Positions 45,893 through 56,348 of a DNA stretch of 56,874 nt are shown piece by piece. The stretch's first letter is position 1. Each line of letters begins with the position of its first letter. Under the pieces are notes generated by a model. That model was not told the origin of the DNA and searched no databases. It worked only from the letters and a program-made list of their open reading frames with translations. The stretch covers positions 1-56,874 of the forward strand of contig CALRBT010000004.1 of NCBI GenBank assembly GCA_943354475.1. Reading direction: 5' to 3'. Source of the DNA: Parcubacteria group bacterium (GTDB lineage: Bacteria > Patescibacteriota > Minisyncoccia > Phycocordibacterales > CALRBT01). Both the position numbers and the translations under genes were made by a program.

Positions 45893-47839
45893 ATGGCCTT
45901 ATTTAACAACGACAAAAAGGAAGATAACAACAAAAAAGCTCCCGTCACTAAGGCGGGGAAGAGCCTCATGCCTGGTGGCAACTTTTTCGGCAATCTGATT
46001 ACTGCCCTTTTGGTCTTCATGGTCATCATCGGGGTTTACATGTTGATAGCCGAGAATCAGACTAAATCTCAAGAAATTTCACTCTCAGAACTCTCAACGG
46101 ATATCAATAAGGGATTAGTAGATGAAATCAGTGTTCGTGGAGACGATTTACAAATTATTTACATTGGCACTGCAAAGATAGAGAAGATTGCCAAAAAAGA
46201 AGCTGGAACTGCGCTCACCTCAACCCTTTCAAACTACGGTGTGGACAAAGTAAAACTTGAAGGAGTAAAAATCAATATTAGAAACCAATCAGGTCTCGGG
46301 TATTGGATTCTCACCCTTTTGCCTTACTTATTCCCATTTATATTTATTGCATTTTTCCTTTGGTATATGACCCGTCAGGTAAAAGGGGCTGGAATGCAGG
46401 CATTTACTTTCGGCCAATCAAAGGCACGTATCACTGATCCTGATGATAACAATCAGCGTGTTCTTTTTAAGGATGTTGCTGGGGCAAAAGAAGCAAAAGA
46501 AGAGTTGGTTGAAGTCGTCGATTTTTTGAAGAATCCAAAGAAGTTTCTTGATATTGGTGCTCGGATTCCAAAGGGAATTCTAATGATGGGTGCGCCAGGA
46601 ACAGGAAAGACACTCCTAGCACGTGCCGTAGCAGGGGAGGCGGGTGTCCCATTCTTCTCAATTTCAGGATCAGAATTTGTTGAGATGTTTGTGGGTGTCG
46701 GTGCTTCACGTGTTCGAGATTTATTTAAAATGGCAAAGAAAGCGGCTCCCTCGATTATCTTTGTGGACGAGATTGATGCTGTTGGACGTGTGCGAGGAAC
46801 AGGGGTTGGTGGGGGAAATGACGAGCGTGAACAAACACTCAACCAAATCCTCGTTGAAATGGATGGTTTTGAGCCAAATGAGAAAGTAATCGTAATGGCT
46901 GCAACCAACAGGCCAGACGTTCTTGACCCAGCCCTTCTTCGCCCTGGCCGATTTGATCGTCGGGTAACACTCGATCTCCCTGATCGTTCTGATCGTGAAG
47001 AGATACTAAAGATTCATGCCAGAGGCAAGCCGCTTGGCGAAGACATTAAACTTGCCGTAATTGCAGAGCGAACCCCAGGTTTCTCTGGTGCCGATCTCTA
47101 CTCGTTGATGAATGAAGGAGCGATTCTCGCTGCAAGGGAAGATCGCAAGAAGGTTACTCAATATGATCTTATCCGAGCAATCGAAAAGGTGATGCTTGGT
47201 CCTGAGCGCCGTAGCCACCTCCTCTCTAAGGCAGAAAAGAAAATTACTGCATACCACGAAGCAGGTCACGCCCTCGTTGCGTCCCTTCTTCAATACTCAG
47301 ATCCTGTGCACAAGATCTCAATTATTTCTCGTGGACGTGCTGCGGGGTATACTTTGAAGCTTCCGCTTGATGATCACAAGATGCAATCCAAAAAGGAGTT
47401 CCTCGATGACATCGCAGTCTCTCTCGGAGGATACGTTACCGAAAAGTTGATCTTCGATGACCTCACGACTGGTCCATCAAATGATTTACAAGTAGCGACA
47501 GCCTTAGCGAGAGATATGGTTACCAAGTATGGAATGTCAGATAAATTGGGACCAGTTGCACTTGAAGGTTCAGGTGGTGCAGCACTCTTTGGACGTGGAG
47601 TCGATGAGAAAGAGTACTCAGATCGAGTGGGAGCAGTGATTGACCTTGAGGTTTCAGGGATTATGAACGAGGCGCATCGTCGGGCAGAGGAGGTGATTGT
47701 CGCCAATCGCAAATTACTCGACGCTATTGCTGCAACTCTTATTGATGTTGAAACGATTGAGCGAGACGATTTTGAAAAGATTTTGGTTGCCCACGGCGTT
47801 ACCCCAAAGAAGAAACAGGATATTGAACATCAGGTGTAA
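45893..47839 (+). CDS. ftsH: ATP-dependent zinc metalloprotease FtsH
   Basis: Two TM segments; [21 protein letters not shown] and HEAGH motifs. Confidence 0.97.
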   Translation: MALFNNDKKEDNNKKAPVTKAGKSLMPGGNFFGNLITALLVFMVIIGVYMLIAENQTKSQEISLSELSTDINKGLVDEISVRGDDLQIIYIGTAKIEKIAKKEAGTALTSTLSNYGVDKVKLEGVKINIRNQSGLGYWILTLLPYLFPFIFIAFFLWYMTRQVKGAGMQAFTFGQSKARITDPDDNNQRVLFKDVAGAKEAKEELVEVVDFLKNPKKFLDIGARIPKGILMMGAPGTGKTLLARAVAGEAGVPFFSISGSEFVEMFVGVGASRVRDLFKMAKKAAPSIIFVDEIDAVGRVRGTGVGGGNDEREQTLNQILVEMDGFEPNEKVIVMAATNRPDVLDPALLRPGRFDRRVTLDLPDRSDREEILKIHARGKPLGEDIKLAVIAERTPGFSGADLYSLMNEGAILAAREDRKKVTQYDLIRAIEKVMLGPERRSHLLSKAEKKITAYHEAGHALVASLLQYSDPVHKISIISRGRAAGYTLKLPLDDHKMQSKKEFLDDIAVSLGGYVTEKLIFDDLTTGPSNDLQVATALARDMVTKYGMSDKLGPVALEGSGGAALFGRGVDEKEYSDRVGAVIDLEVSGIMNEAHRRAEEVIVANRKLLDAIAATLIDVETIERDDFEKILVAHGVTPKKKQDIEHQV

Positions 47840-47911
47840 GAAAATTTTCAGAAATGTCCCTACCCAGGGATGTTTTTGATTAGGGTTACTTTAAGGTATA
47901 CTAAAATAAAT

Positions 47912-49468
47912 ATGAAATTTATATATTTAAAATACAAAAAGTATTTATGGTATGGGGTTATTGCACTCGTCTTGTTAGTTGGTGGTTATTTATACTTTGG
48001 TTCAAAAAATTCCAGTGACTACAAAACATTTACTGTTACCAAGACTTCAGTTGAAGATAAGATTATATTTTCAGGGAATGTTATTCCCGCTGAGAAAGTA
48101 GTGCTTTCCTTTGAAAAGACTGGACGAATTGTGTCACTACCTGCTTATGTCGGTAAGATGGTCTACGCAGGGGAAGTGCTCGCATCCCTCTCTTCTGGTG
48201 AAAGCCAGGCGCTCCTCGACCAAGCACGAGCAAGTCTATTGTCAGAAGAAGCGACACTTGCTGAATTAAAACGAGGAACAAGACCAGAGTCAATTGAGGT
48301 TGCAAAGACCAAAGTCTCAACTGCTCAGATCGCACTTGCAAACAGTTTGCAAGGTTTGCGCGATGCGCTCACCGACGCTTATACAAAAGCAGATGATGCG
48401 GTCCATAACACACTTGACCCACTCTATAGTAATGACACAAGTGATGCCCCGACACTTATAGTACAGACACCAAACTCTCAACTTCAAATTAACCTTGAAA
48501 CATTGCGAGCGAAACAAGAGAAGACACTCGTCTCATGGAGGGTACTTAATAATACAAATTACATCGACCTCAATAACACGTTACTTTTGTCACTAAAATC
48601 AAACCTCACTGAAACGAAAAACTTACTTGATATGGCAGCTTCTGCATTGGGAACGGCTCAAACCAGTGGATCTGTTACACAATCAAATCTTGATACATGG
48701 CGCGCAGCTGTTGGTGTTGCTAGAACAACCATTTCAGCATCAATCAATAAATTAAATACTGCCGAACAAAGTTTTGCCACAAGCGGATCAGCTCTCACAC
48801 TTGCTCAGCAGGATTTAGCGGTTCTACAGGCTGGATCTTCTGCAGAAGCAATCGCTAGTCAGGAGGCTAGGGTTGCCTCAGCTCAGGGTAAGGTCTCACA
48901 ATATCAAGCTGAGGTAAACAAGTCTGTCCTCATATCACCAATTACCGGGGTTGTTTCAACCAGAGACACTGAGCTTGGACAGATTGTTTCTCCAAATCAG
49001 CAAATCGTTTCTGTTATTTCCAACAAAAAATTCCAGATTGAGTCAAATGTCTCTGAGCTCGACATTGGCAAAGTAATGCTTGGAATGCAGGCGACGACAA
49101 CGCTCGATGCCTACGGGACAGATGCTATTTTTCCTGCAAAAATTATTCGTGTTGACCCAGCAGAGACAACTGTAGAGAACTCACCCGCTTATGGCGTTAG
49201 ACTGGAATTCACTTCTGAAGATGCTCGTATTAAATCAGGTATGACAGCGAATATTACTATTGTTATTGCACGTAAGGATGGTGTTCTGGCGGTTCCTATC
49301 CGAACCATTAAGAAAGAGGGAAGTAGTAAATCAGTAAGTATTTTAACTGGAAATAATTTGATTGAGTCTAGAGAAGTAACGACAGGGCTCACCAGTTTAT
49401 CAGGTATGGTTGAGATTCTCTCAGGACTCAGTGAAAATGATCGTGTAGTGTTACCACAAGGACTCTAA
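47912..49468 (+). CDS. MacA/RND-type periplasmic adaptor (membrane fusion protein)
   Basis: N-terminal anchor, long coiled-coil hairpin, lipoyl motif SPITGVV; C-terminal TGLTSLSGMVEILSGL; ATG 47912. Confidence 0.85.
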   Translation: MKFIYLKYKKYLWYGVIALVLLVGGYLYFGSKNSSDYKTFTVTKTSVEDKIIFSGNVIPAEKVVLSFEKTGRIVSLPAYVGKMVYAGEVLASLSSGESQALLDQARASLLSEEATLAELKRGTRPESIEVAKTKVSTAQIALANSLQGLRDALTDAYTKADDAVHNTLDPLYSNDTSDAPTLIVQTPNSQLQINLETLRAKQEKTLVSWRVLNNTNYIDLNNTLLLSLKSNLTETKNLLDMAASALGTAQTSGSVTQSNLDTWRAAVGVARTTISASINKLNTAEQSFATSGSALTLAQQDLAVLQAGSSAEAIASQEARVASAQGKVSQYQAEVNKSVLISPITGVVSTRDTELGQIVSPNQQIVSVISNKKFQIESNVSELDIGKVMLGMQATTTLDAYGTDAIFPAKIIRVDPAETTVENSPAYGVRLEFTSEDARIKSGMTANITIVIARKDGVLAVPIRTIKKEGSSKSVSILTGNNLIESREVTTGLTSLSGMVEILSGLSENDRVVLPQGL

Positions 49469-49494
49469 TACCCTAAAGCTTGGATAAATCTGAC

Positions 49495-50775
49495 ATGTTC
49501 AATCCTGCTACATATATTTCAAGTTTTTTAATCACGGTACCGGTCGCCTTTTTCTTGGCAGTTCGTTATGTGAGGCGTACGAGCCTTTGGACTACCTCCC
49601 TTATTGTCTTTGTGATGACCTTGACGTTCCTTAATCTTGTCATGGTCTCCGGTATCTTGGTCGGTTTGATCCAAGGATCATATGATGCATTTAAGTATCA
49701 ATATTCAGGAGATGTCTTCATTTCTAAACTTGTTGGTAAGAATTACATTGAGCGTAGTACTGAGATCATTGAAACAATCAAGACACTTCCTGGTGTTTCC
49801 GGATACGCAGCTCGCTACATAGAAGGTGGTCGAATTGAAGCAAACTACTTAACCAGAGTTAACGATGTTACTCAGGCGGCTGATACCGTGGGTTCAGAAT
49901 TTACTGGCATTGATCCGGAAGCGGAAGATAAAACAACAGGGTTGTCAGCTAAAATAATTGCAGGGGAATACCTTAATAAAACGGATAGCAACTCAATTCT
50001 TATCGGTAGTCAGCTTCTCGAACAATACTCAACAGTGAGCTTTGCGGGACTTGATACAATCTCAAACGTTGTTCCTGGAAGTAAGGTGCGAGTGAGTATT
50101 AATGGAACGGTCAAAGAATTTACCGTTAAGGGTGTAGTAAAGAGCAAGGTCAATAATGTTGGGTTAAGAGTTTTCTTTGTTGATAGTGAACTGCGAAAAT
50201 TGCTTGGTAGGACTGACTACAACGTAGATGAAATTGCTGTTAAATTAAAGCCAGGAGTTGATTCTACGCAAATTACTGCAACACTAAAGGCGTCGGGACT
50301 GGGGGAGTATGCACTTATTCGTACTTCTGAGGAATCCCAAGGAACATTTCTTGAGCAGATTAAAACAACTTTTGGAATGCTCGGTAATGTTATCGGCTCT
50401 ATTAGTCTTGTGGTCGCCTCGATTACAGTATTTATCGTTATCTTTATTACCGCAATCACACGAAGAAAATTTATCGGAATTCTCAAAGGTATCGGTATTT
50501 CAGGATCAGCAATCGAGCTCTCCTACATCCTCCTCTCTCTATTTTATGCAATCATTGGTATTTCAATCGGAGCATTTATCCTTTATGTTGTGGTAAGGCC
50601 TTTCATCGATGTCCATCCAATTGATTTTCCATTTAGTGACGGAATTTTAGTGGCTGAGTATGGGAGCACCGCATTTCGTAGTCTTTTGATTTTGATTGCA
50701 ACAATTATTGCAGGTTATATCCCTGCGAGAATTATTGTTAAAAAGAATACACTCGACGCAATTCTCGGAAGATAA
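49495..50775 (+). CDS. ABC transporter permease (MacB/FtsX family)
   Basis: One TM, a large extracellular domain, then three TMs; IGILKGIG and GYIPARII motifs; ATG 49495. Confidence 0.85.
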   Translation: MFNPATYISSFLITVPVAFFLAVRYVRRTSLWTTSLIVFVMTLTFLNLVMVSGILVGLIQGSYDAFKYQYSGDVFISKLVGKNYIERSTEIIETIKTLPGVSGYAARYIEGGRIEANYLTRVNDVTQAADTVGSEFTGIDPEAEDKTTGLSAKIIAGEYLNKTDSNSILIGSQLLEQYSTVSFAGLDTISNVVPGSKVRVSINGTVKEFTVKGVVKSKVNNVGLRVFFVDSELRKLLGRTDYNVDEIAVKLKPGVDSTQITATLKASGLGEYALIRTSEESQGTFLEQIKTTFGMLGNVIGSISLVVASITVFIVIFITAITRRKFIGILKGIGISGSAIELSYILLSLFYAIIGISIGAFILYVVVRPFIDVHPIDFPFSDGILVAEYGSTAFRSLLILIATIIAGYIPARIIVKKNTLDAILGR

Positions 50776-50777
50776 AT

Positions 50778-51470
50778 ATGATTAAGGTAAATAATATTAC
50801 AAAAACATTTCAAAGCGGAGGAATTGAAACTACCGTTCTTCATGGTGTCACCCTTGAGATTCCTAAAGGACAATTTCTGGCAATTATGGGTCGCTCAGGG
50901 GCGGGCAAGAGTACTTTGATGTATCAGATTTCACTTCTTGACCGTCCATCATCTGGAACTATTTTTGTTGCAGGGGAGAATGCTACAGACTTCTCTATCA
51001 AACAAGCAACACAATTTAGACTGAATAATTTCGGCTACATTTTTCAAGACTACGCACTCCTCCCAGAGCTTACTGCAGTTGAGAATGTTGCTCTGCCACT
51101 TTTAATGCTCGGGATTCCACTGAAGATTGCTAAGATGCGTGCAACTAACGTGTTGGTTAAGGTTAAGATGGATCATCGTTTGGGAAATTTACCGAGTCAA
51201 CTCTCTGGTGGGGAACAACAGCGTGTCTCTGTCGCTCGTGCAATTGTTAATGAACCATCAGTTATTTTTGCCGACGAACCAACGGCAAACCTTGATGTTG
51301 ATAACTCAATTCGAGTTATGGACTTACTCACCGAACTCCATAATGAAGGGCAAACCATTGTGATGGTGACACATGAAGAAGAGTACAGTAAGCGTGCAGA
51401 GCGCATCATTAAACTATCTGACGGAGTAATTATTTCTGATCTTTTACTTAATCATACCCAAGGGGCATAA
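50778..51470 (+). CDS. ABC transporter ATP-binding protein (LolD/MacB-like)
   Basis: GRSGAGKST, LSGGEQQRV, ADEPT and VTHE motifs. Confidence 0.93.
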   Translation: MIKVNNITKTFQSGGIETTVLHGVTLEIPKGQFLAIMGRSGAGKSTLMYQISLLDRPSSGTIFVAGENATDFSIKQATQFRLNNFGYIFQDYALLPELTAVENVALPLLMLGIPLKIAKMRATNVLVKVKMDHRLGNLPSQLSGGEQQRVSVARAIVNEPSVIFADEPTANLDVDNSIRVMDLLTELHNEGQTIVMVTHEEEYSKRAERIIKLSDGVIISDLLLNHTQGA

Positions 51471-51511
51471 ATATACCCTTAAAAAAATAAAGAGCTCAGT
51501 AAACACCGGCT

Positions 51512-51540
51512 TTGCCTTGGTCTTGTTTTTAGGCTACTAT
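51512..51540 (+). promoter_or_regulatory. Promoter for the tRNA
   Basis: TTGCCT, 17-nt spacer, TACTAT. Confidence 0.55.
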
Positions 51541-51561
51541 TCGGAAAGTTCGCAGTAACTT

Positions 51562-51635
51562 CCACCCTTAGCTCAGTTGGTTAGAGCACAGAGCTTATAC
51601 CTCTGCGGTCCTTGGTTCGAGTCCAAGAGGGTGGA
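51562..51635 (+). tRNA. tRNA-Ile, anticodon UAU
   Basis: Acceptor CCACCCT/AGGGTGG plus discriminator A; D-arm GCTC/GAGC; anticodon stem CAGAG/CTCTG with loop CT-TAT-AC; T-arm CTTGG-TTCGAGT-CCAAG; CCA not encoded. Confidence 0.92.
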
Positions 51636-51659
51636 CTAAAATGTTTAAGTAGCGGAAGG

Positions 51660-53915
51660 TTATTCAAAATGGATATTCTTGTCGATTCGTGAGAGGCGAT
51701 GATTGAGGAGGGGGTAGTTAGAGAGCGTCAGGTCCTCGGCTATTAGTTTGGCGGCTTCAGAGCGTGCGGCTTCAACCATTTTAATATTCTTGATCGCTTC
51801 CATACCGAGGTCAGAGAGACCCCATTGTTTTTTGCCGGCGAGTCCTCCTTCACCACGTTGCTGAAGGTCGAGCTCTGCTAATTCAAAACCATTCTTGGCG
51901 TTTTTGATTGCTTTAAGTCTATCAACACTTTTTTTGCTCTTACTTTCGTTCACGATAAAGCAATAAGCTTGATGGTTACTGCGGATGACTCGTCCACGAA
52001 GTTGGTGGAGCTGGGCTAGTCCAAATCGCTCACCGCCTTCAATTAAAATCACTGTGGCATTTGGCACATTCACCCCAACTTCAATAACTGAGGTTGCCAC
52101 CAGGATATCGATTCTGTGTTCGGTGAATTCAGTCATGACCTCATCTTTTTCCGCTGGTTTTAATTTGCCGTGAATGAGCGCAACGCGATATTCAGGAAAG
52201 ATTTTCTCTTGTAATTGTTTTGCAGTTTCAACGACCGACTTTGCGTTGAGCGCTTGTTCTTTGAGTGGGTCAGGTTCGTCGATGCGTGGGCAAATGACAT
52301 AGGCTTGCCTGCCGAGCTTTAGTTGCTCTCGTATCTTACTGTAGACATTCTCCATTTCTGCCGAGACAACGACTTCAGTAATAACTGGTTTGCGTCCTGC
52401 TGGCATTTCATCCAGGAGCGTGAGATCAAGGTCACCATAAACAGTAAGCGCGAGCGTTCGAGGGATTGGTGTTGCGGTCATTGAAAGGAAGTGGGGAACA
52501 ATTGGTTTTTTTGTCACTACAGGGACTGGGTAGGCTTTGAGCGTCCCTTTTTTGATTGGTTTTGTTACTGGTTCACTGTTAACTTTGCGAGCAAGTTTTT
52601 GTCGCTGGGCTGTCCCAAAGCGATGTTGCTCGTCGATGATTATGTAAGCGAGGTTTTTAAATGAGACACTTTTTTGAATTAGTGCATGGGTACCGATGAG
52701 GATTGAGATTTCGCCCGAGGCAACCCATTTTAATAATTGGGTCCGTGAGATGTCAGTCCATCCATCAGGATTTACTTTGGAGGGGAATTTGCGACAACCA
52801 CTTCCGGTAATGAGCGCAATCGAGATAGGGAGGTGTGAGAAATATTTAATGAATGATTCAAAATGTTGTCCTGCCAAAATTTCGGTTGGTGCCATATAAG
52901 CAATTTGGAGCGTACCAAAGTCTTGGTCTTTAGGACGGGTTGCAACGACGGCGTAAGCCGTCGTCGCTGCTACCGCAGTCTTACCCGAGCCAACATCTCC
53001 TTCGAGTAATCGCGACATAGGATGCCCACTTTTAAAATCAGAGAGAATTGTTTCTATGGCGGATTTCTGCGCCCTCGTTGCATCAAAAGGGAAACGTTTG
53101 AAGAATGCTTCGATATCACCTTTATCTTTTTCAATAGTGAAAGCGCCATTGGCTTCGTACTCGCGTCGCTCTCGTTGTTTTTGTAGTTGAATAAAAAATA
53201 CTTCCTCGAAAGCAAACCGCTTTCGAGCACTGACGCTGTCTTCCTCGCGCTGAGGTGTATGGATCCATATCAGTGACGTGCGCAAAGAGGGAAGTGAATA
53301 CCTCTTGAGCATTTCATCCGGAATTGGATCAATTAACTTGTCGATAACTCCTGACTTAAAAACACGTTGGAGTGCGTAGTAAAACCAACGTGAGGTAATT
53401 CCCCGGCTCTCAGGATAGATTGGAAAAGAAAACAGTTCATTGTCACCCTCAACTCCTTCATTGAGCGCACTGGCATTAAAAAGCATTCCCTTGTTATCAA
53501 TCGGCAACTGATCAATATTTTCAATCTCAGGATTAGCAAGATAGCTCTCTCCTTTGCGCTCGGCCACCTTACCAACCACACGCACCAGAGATCCTTCCCT
53601 GAGCATCTTTGCGATGTAGGGTTGGTTAAACCATACTGCTTTGATCTTGCCTGTTCCATCTTCTATGGTCGCTTCAGCCATTGGGATTTTCTTGATGAAT
53701 GCTTTACTGAGTTTGAGTCCCGAGACTTTGCCGTAAAGTGTTACTTCCTGTCCTGCCACCAGTGTATTAATCGTCTTTGATTGCGAAGCAAATTCGTAAC
53801 GAAGTGGAAAATGAAAGAGCATGTCTTCGATCGTTTTGATGCCAAGCTTGGCGAGCGCTTGTTTCTGGGGAAGGAGAAGGCGAAATTCTCGCTCAATAGG
53901 GCTTTGGAGTTCCAT
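51660..53915 (-). CDS. recG: ATP-dependent DNA helicase RecG
   Basis: GDVGSGKT, IIDEQHRFG, MTATPIPRT, VIEVGVNVP and LHQLRGR motifs. Confidence 0.96.
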   Translation of the reverse strand: MELQSPIEREFRLLLPQKQALAKLGIKTIEDMLFHFPLRYEFASQSKTINTLVAGQEVTLYGKVSGLKLSKAFIKKIPMAEATIEDGTGKIKAVWFNQPYIAKMLREGSLVRVVGKVAERKGESYLANPEIENIDQLPIDNKGMLFNASALNEGVEGDNELFSFPIYPESRGITSRWFYYALQRVFKSGVIDKLIDPIPDEMLKRYSLPSLRTSLIWIHTPQREEDSVSARKRFAFEEVFFIQLQKQRERREYEANGAFTIEKDKGDIEAFFKRFPFDATRAQKSAIETILSDFKSGHPMSRLLEGDVGSGKTAVAATTAYAVVATRPKDQDFGTLQIAYMAPTEILAGQHFESFIKYFSHLPISIALITGSGCRKFPSKVNPDGWTDISRTQLLKWVASGEISILIGTHALIQKSVSFKNLAYIIIDEQHRFGTAQRQKLARKVNSEPVTKPIKKGTLKAYPVPVVTKKPIVPHFLSMTATPIPRTLALTVYGDLDLTLLDEMPAGRKPVITEVVVSAEMENVYSKIREQLKLGRQAYVICPRIDEPDPLKEQALNAKSVVETAKQLQEKIFPEYRVALIHGKLKPAEKDEVMTEFTEHRIDILVATSVIEVGVNVPNATVILIEGGERFGLAQLHQLRGRVIRSNHQAYCFIVNESKSKKSVDRLKAIKNAKNGFELAELDLQQRGEGGLAGKKQWGLSDLGMEAIKNIKMVEAARSEAAKLIAEDLTLSNYPLLNHRLSRIDKNIHFE

Positions 53916-53964
53916 GAGTTGAATTATACCAAATAAGGAAACACTCGTAAGAGAGCCTCAACTT

Positions 53965-54600
53965 TTAAGTCCTAAAGAGTGAGACCATCTCTGATATGTT
54001 TTTTTCCTCAAACACGAAAATGATTTCGGTGTGGGTCGTTATGGTTTCTGCTAGCAAAATTCGCTTTTGAGCTATGCGTCGAATTAGTGAAAAGGTTATG
54101 TTTGGCATACTGTAGTATTTTGAATCGAGTGAGAGGCCAATCGAGGCAAGTCCAGAGACAGTCATACGGGGTTTTTCTCTAAAATGTTTAAGTACCGATT
54201 CCTTTATTCTATCTGAACAAATGACGGTGATCTCGCTCGTACTCAAGGTCATCGTAAGAAAGTCATCATTCGTCGTTTTTACTTTTTCGTAAAGGGACGA
54301 GAGTTTTGCCAGAAGTGTGGGCGTTTTTTCGAAGACAATTTCTGAAAGGGGAGATTTGGTGGTGACATTATTTATCTTCACTTCTTGAATGAGCGAGTCC
54401 GTTTTCTTTACCCCACTCTTTACTCTGGAGAGAGCAACCACAATACCAGCGACACCAACATTTTTCCTGGTTTTTTGTTCCACTGTTTTTACAATTTGCT
54501 TGGCGTAAGCAGAAAGGTTCATGTACCCTTGAGAAAGGGCGAAGAGAGCATCTTCGTCTGAGCAAAGTATTTCTCGTACAATATCTTGAGTCTTTATCAT
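53965..54600 (-). CDS. Hypothetical protein, probably an N-terminal HTH plus ACT-like regulatory domains
   Basis: 211-aa ORF; beta-alpha ACT-like segments ending in SEITV and TEIIF; extended -10 box 6 nt upstream. Confidence 0.6.
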   Translation of the reverse strand: MIKTQDIVREILCSDEDALFALSQGYMNLSAYAKQIVKTVEQKTRKNVGVAGIVVALSRVKSGVKKTDSLIQEVKINNVTTKSPLSEIVFEKTPTLLAKLSSLYEKVKTTNDDFLTMTLSTSEITVICSDRIKESVLKHFREKPRMTVSGLASIGLSLDSKYYSMPNITFSLIRRIAQKRILLAETITTHTEIIFVFEEKNISEMVSLFRT

Positions 54601-54694
54601 GAAGACACTGTATCAAATATAACAAAAAGATACAAATACGATATATTTACAATAAAACTTGTTATGTCAATCGTCCTTTCTCTATACTCATGAT

Positions 54695-55420
54695 ATGCAA
54701 ACAAAACTTATATATTTAGAGTCTATGGATCAATACGTTGATGAAGCGCGAGTAGTCCAGGTAATGAATGAAGAAGGAAAAATAGTGGTTACTCTCGATC
54801 AAACAATTTTTTATCCTCAAGGTGGCGGTCAACCATTTGATACAGGGATTATCTCAAATCAAGATAAAAAGTTTCTTGTCGAGGAAGTTCGGTTTGTGGA
54901 AGGTATTGTCAAACATATTGGGAAGTTTGAAGGGGGAGAGTTCGAGTCGGGGGATAGGGTGACTTGTTTTATTGATGTTCAGTGTAGGGAGTTACACACA
55001 CGCCTGCATTCAGGTGGACACTTGATAGATATGGGACTTAAACAACTAGGTGTTACGTGGAAACCAGGCAGAGGTTACCATTTTCCTAACGGGCCTTATG
55101 TTGAGTACAACGGGTCACTTGAGAGTGTTGATGTAGAAAAACTAAAGGGTGATTTGGAAACTATCTGCAATCAAATCATTCAAAAAGGAATCAAAACGAG
55201 TATATTGTTTATGCCAAAAGAAGAGATGAATTCAGTATGTGCTTTTGTACCGGAGTATATTCCAGAAAATAAACCTGCTCGTGTCGTCATGTATGGGGAT
55301 TTTGGTATTCCGTGCGGTGGAACTCATGTGAACAATCTCAGTGATATTGGTGGAGTTTCCATTCGAAAAATAAAACAAGATGGAGAGAATATCCGAGTCT
55401 CTTATACACTTATTGGCTAG
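54695..55420 (+). CDS. alaX: Free-standing alanyl-tRNA editing protein (AlaX family)
   Basis: DQTIFYPQGGGQP, RLHSGGHL (HxxxH) and CGGTH motifs; ATG 54695. Confidence 0.88.
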   Translation: MQTKLIYLESMDQYVDEARVVQVMNEEGKIVVTLDQTIFYPQGGGQPFDTGIISNQDKKFLVEEVRFVEGIVKHIGKFEGGEFESGDRVTCFIDVQCRELHTRLHSGGHLIDMGLKQLGVTWKPGRGYHFPNGPYVEYNGSLESVDVEKLKGDLETICNQIIQKGIKTSILFMPKEEMNSVCAFVPEYIPENKPARVVMYGDFGIPCGGTHVNNLSDIGGVSIRKIKQDGENIRVSYTLIG

Positions 55421-55487
55421 AAGGAAACGCCCTGTATTTTTGGGAAAAACAAAGTTTTGATAAATAAGGATTTGCTATAATACTTAC

Positions 55488-55874
55488 ATGTGGCTCACTA
55501 ACCCCAAAACATACCTCTGTGGCTATGTTACCTTGATATTTTTTATTGTGGTGATTTTTAGTCCGTTTGTGATGGTGGGAGGGGGTCATCATCATGACCT
55601 TGCTCGTACAAATGACTGTCCTTTCATGGTTGGTGGAATAGGATTATGTGACATGACACTTCTCGATCATATCGTTTCATGGCAGAGAATATTCACGGTA
55701 CTCCCCACGGAACTCTTCATACTCGCTTTCTTGTTGCTGGCGGCACTTATATATCAGTACTTCAAACCATTAGGTAGTCCCCCGCGCCTACATCTTTTGT
55801 CTTTGAGAAGACTAAAGACACTTCTTTTGTTCCAATTTTTTATTGGAAGCACTATAAGTCCACGTGCGCCATAA
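55488..55874 (+). CDS. Small membrane protein with His/Cys cluster
   Basis: TM helix, GGGHHH...CPFM...C segment, second TM helix; ends in SPRAP. Confidence 0.55.
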   Translation: MWLTNPKTYLCGYVTLIFFIVVIFSPFVMVGGGHHHDLARTNDCPFMVGGIGLCDMTLLDHIVSWQRIFTVLPTELFILAFLLLAALIYQYFKPLGSPPRLHLLSLRRLKTLLLFQFFIGSTISPRAP

Positions 55875-55927
55875 GCATAGTTATCGTTTGTTTGTTCAGT
55901 AGATAACTAAAAGTTAAATAAAAAATT

Positions 55928-56293
55928 ATGGAAAATAAAAACAACATTCTCGTTATTGGTGCCGTGATGTTACTCCTTGGTCTCGTTTCCGGTTACTTTA
56001 TCGGCACAAACCGATCTGTATATCAACAACTTCCCGTTTCAGCACCTTCTGGTATGCACGGAGCAATGAATGGAATGATGATGAGCCTTGAGGGGAAAAC
56101 AGGGGATGCGCTCGATGTCGCATTTCTTGATGAGATGATCGTCCATCACGAAGGCGCAATCGAGATGGCACAAACCCTTCTTCGTGGAACAAAGAGGCCA
56201 GAACTCATCAAACTTGGTAATGATATTATTACCGCGCAAACAGCAGAGATAGAGATGATGAAAGGATGGCGCACGACCTGGTTTGGTCGATAG
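55928..56293 (+). CDS. DUF305-like (ferritin-like four-helix) protein
   Basis: FLDEMIVHHEGAIEMA...IITAQTAEIEMMKGW motif; Met-rich linker. Confidence 0.85.
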   Translation: MENKNNILVIGAVMLLLGLVSGYFIGTNRSVYQQLPVSAPSGMHGAMNGMMMSLEGKTGDALDVAFLDEMIVHHEGAIEMAQTLLRGTKRPELIKLGNDIITAQTAEIEMMKGWRTTWFGR

Positions 56294-56310
56294 TTACATA
56301 GAGATAATCA

Positions 56311-56348
56311 AAACCACAAAGAGCGATTCACGTCGCTCTTTGTGGTTT
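56311..56348. terminator. Bidirectional terminator
   Basis: aaaccacaaagagcga / tcgctctttgtggttt arms between convergent genes. Confidence 0.75.
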
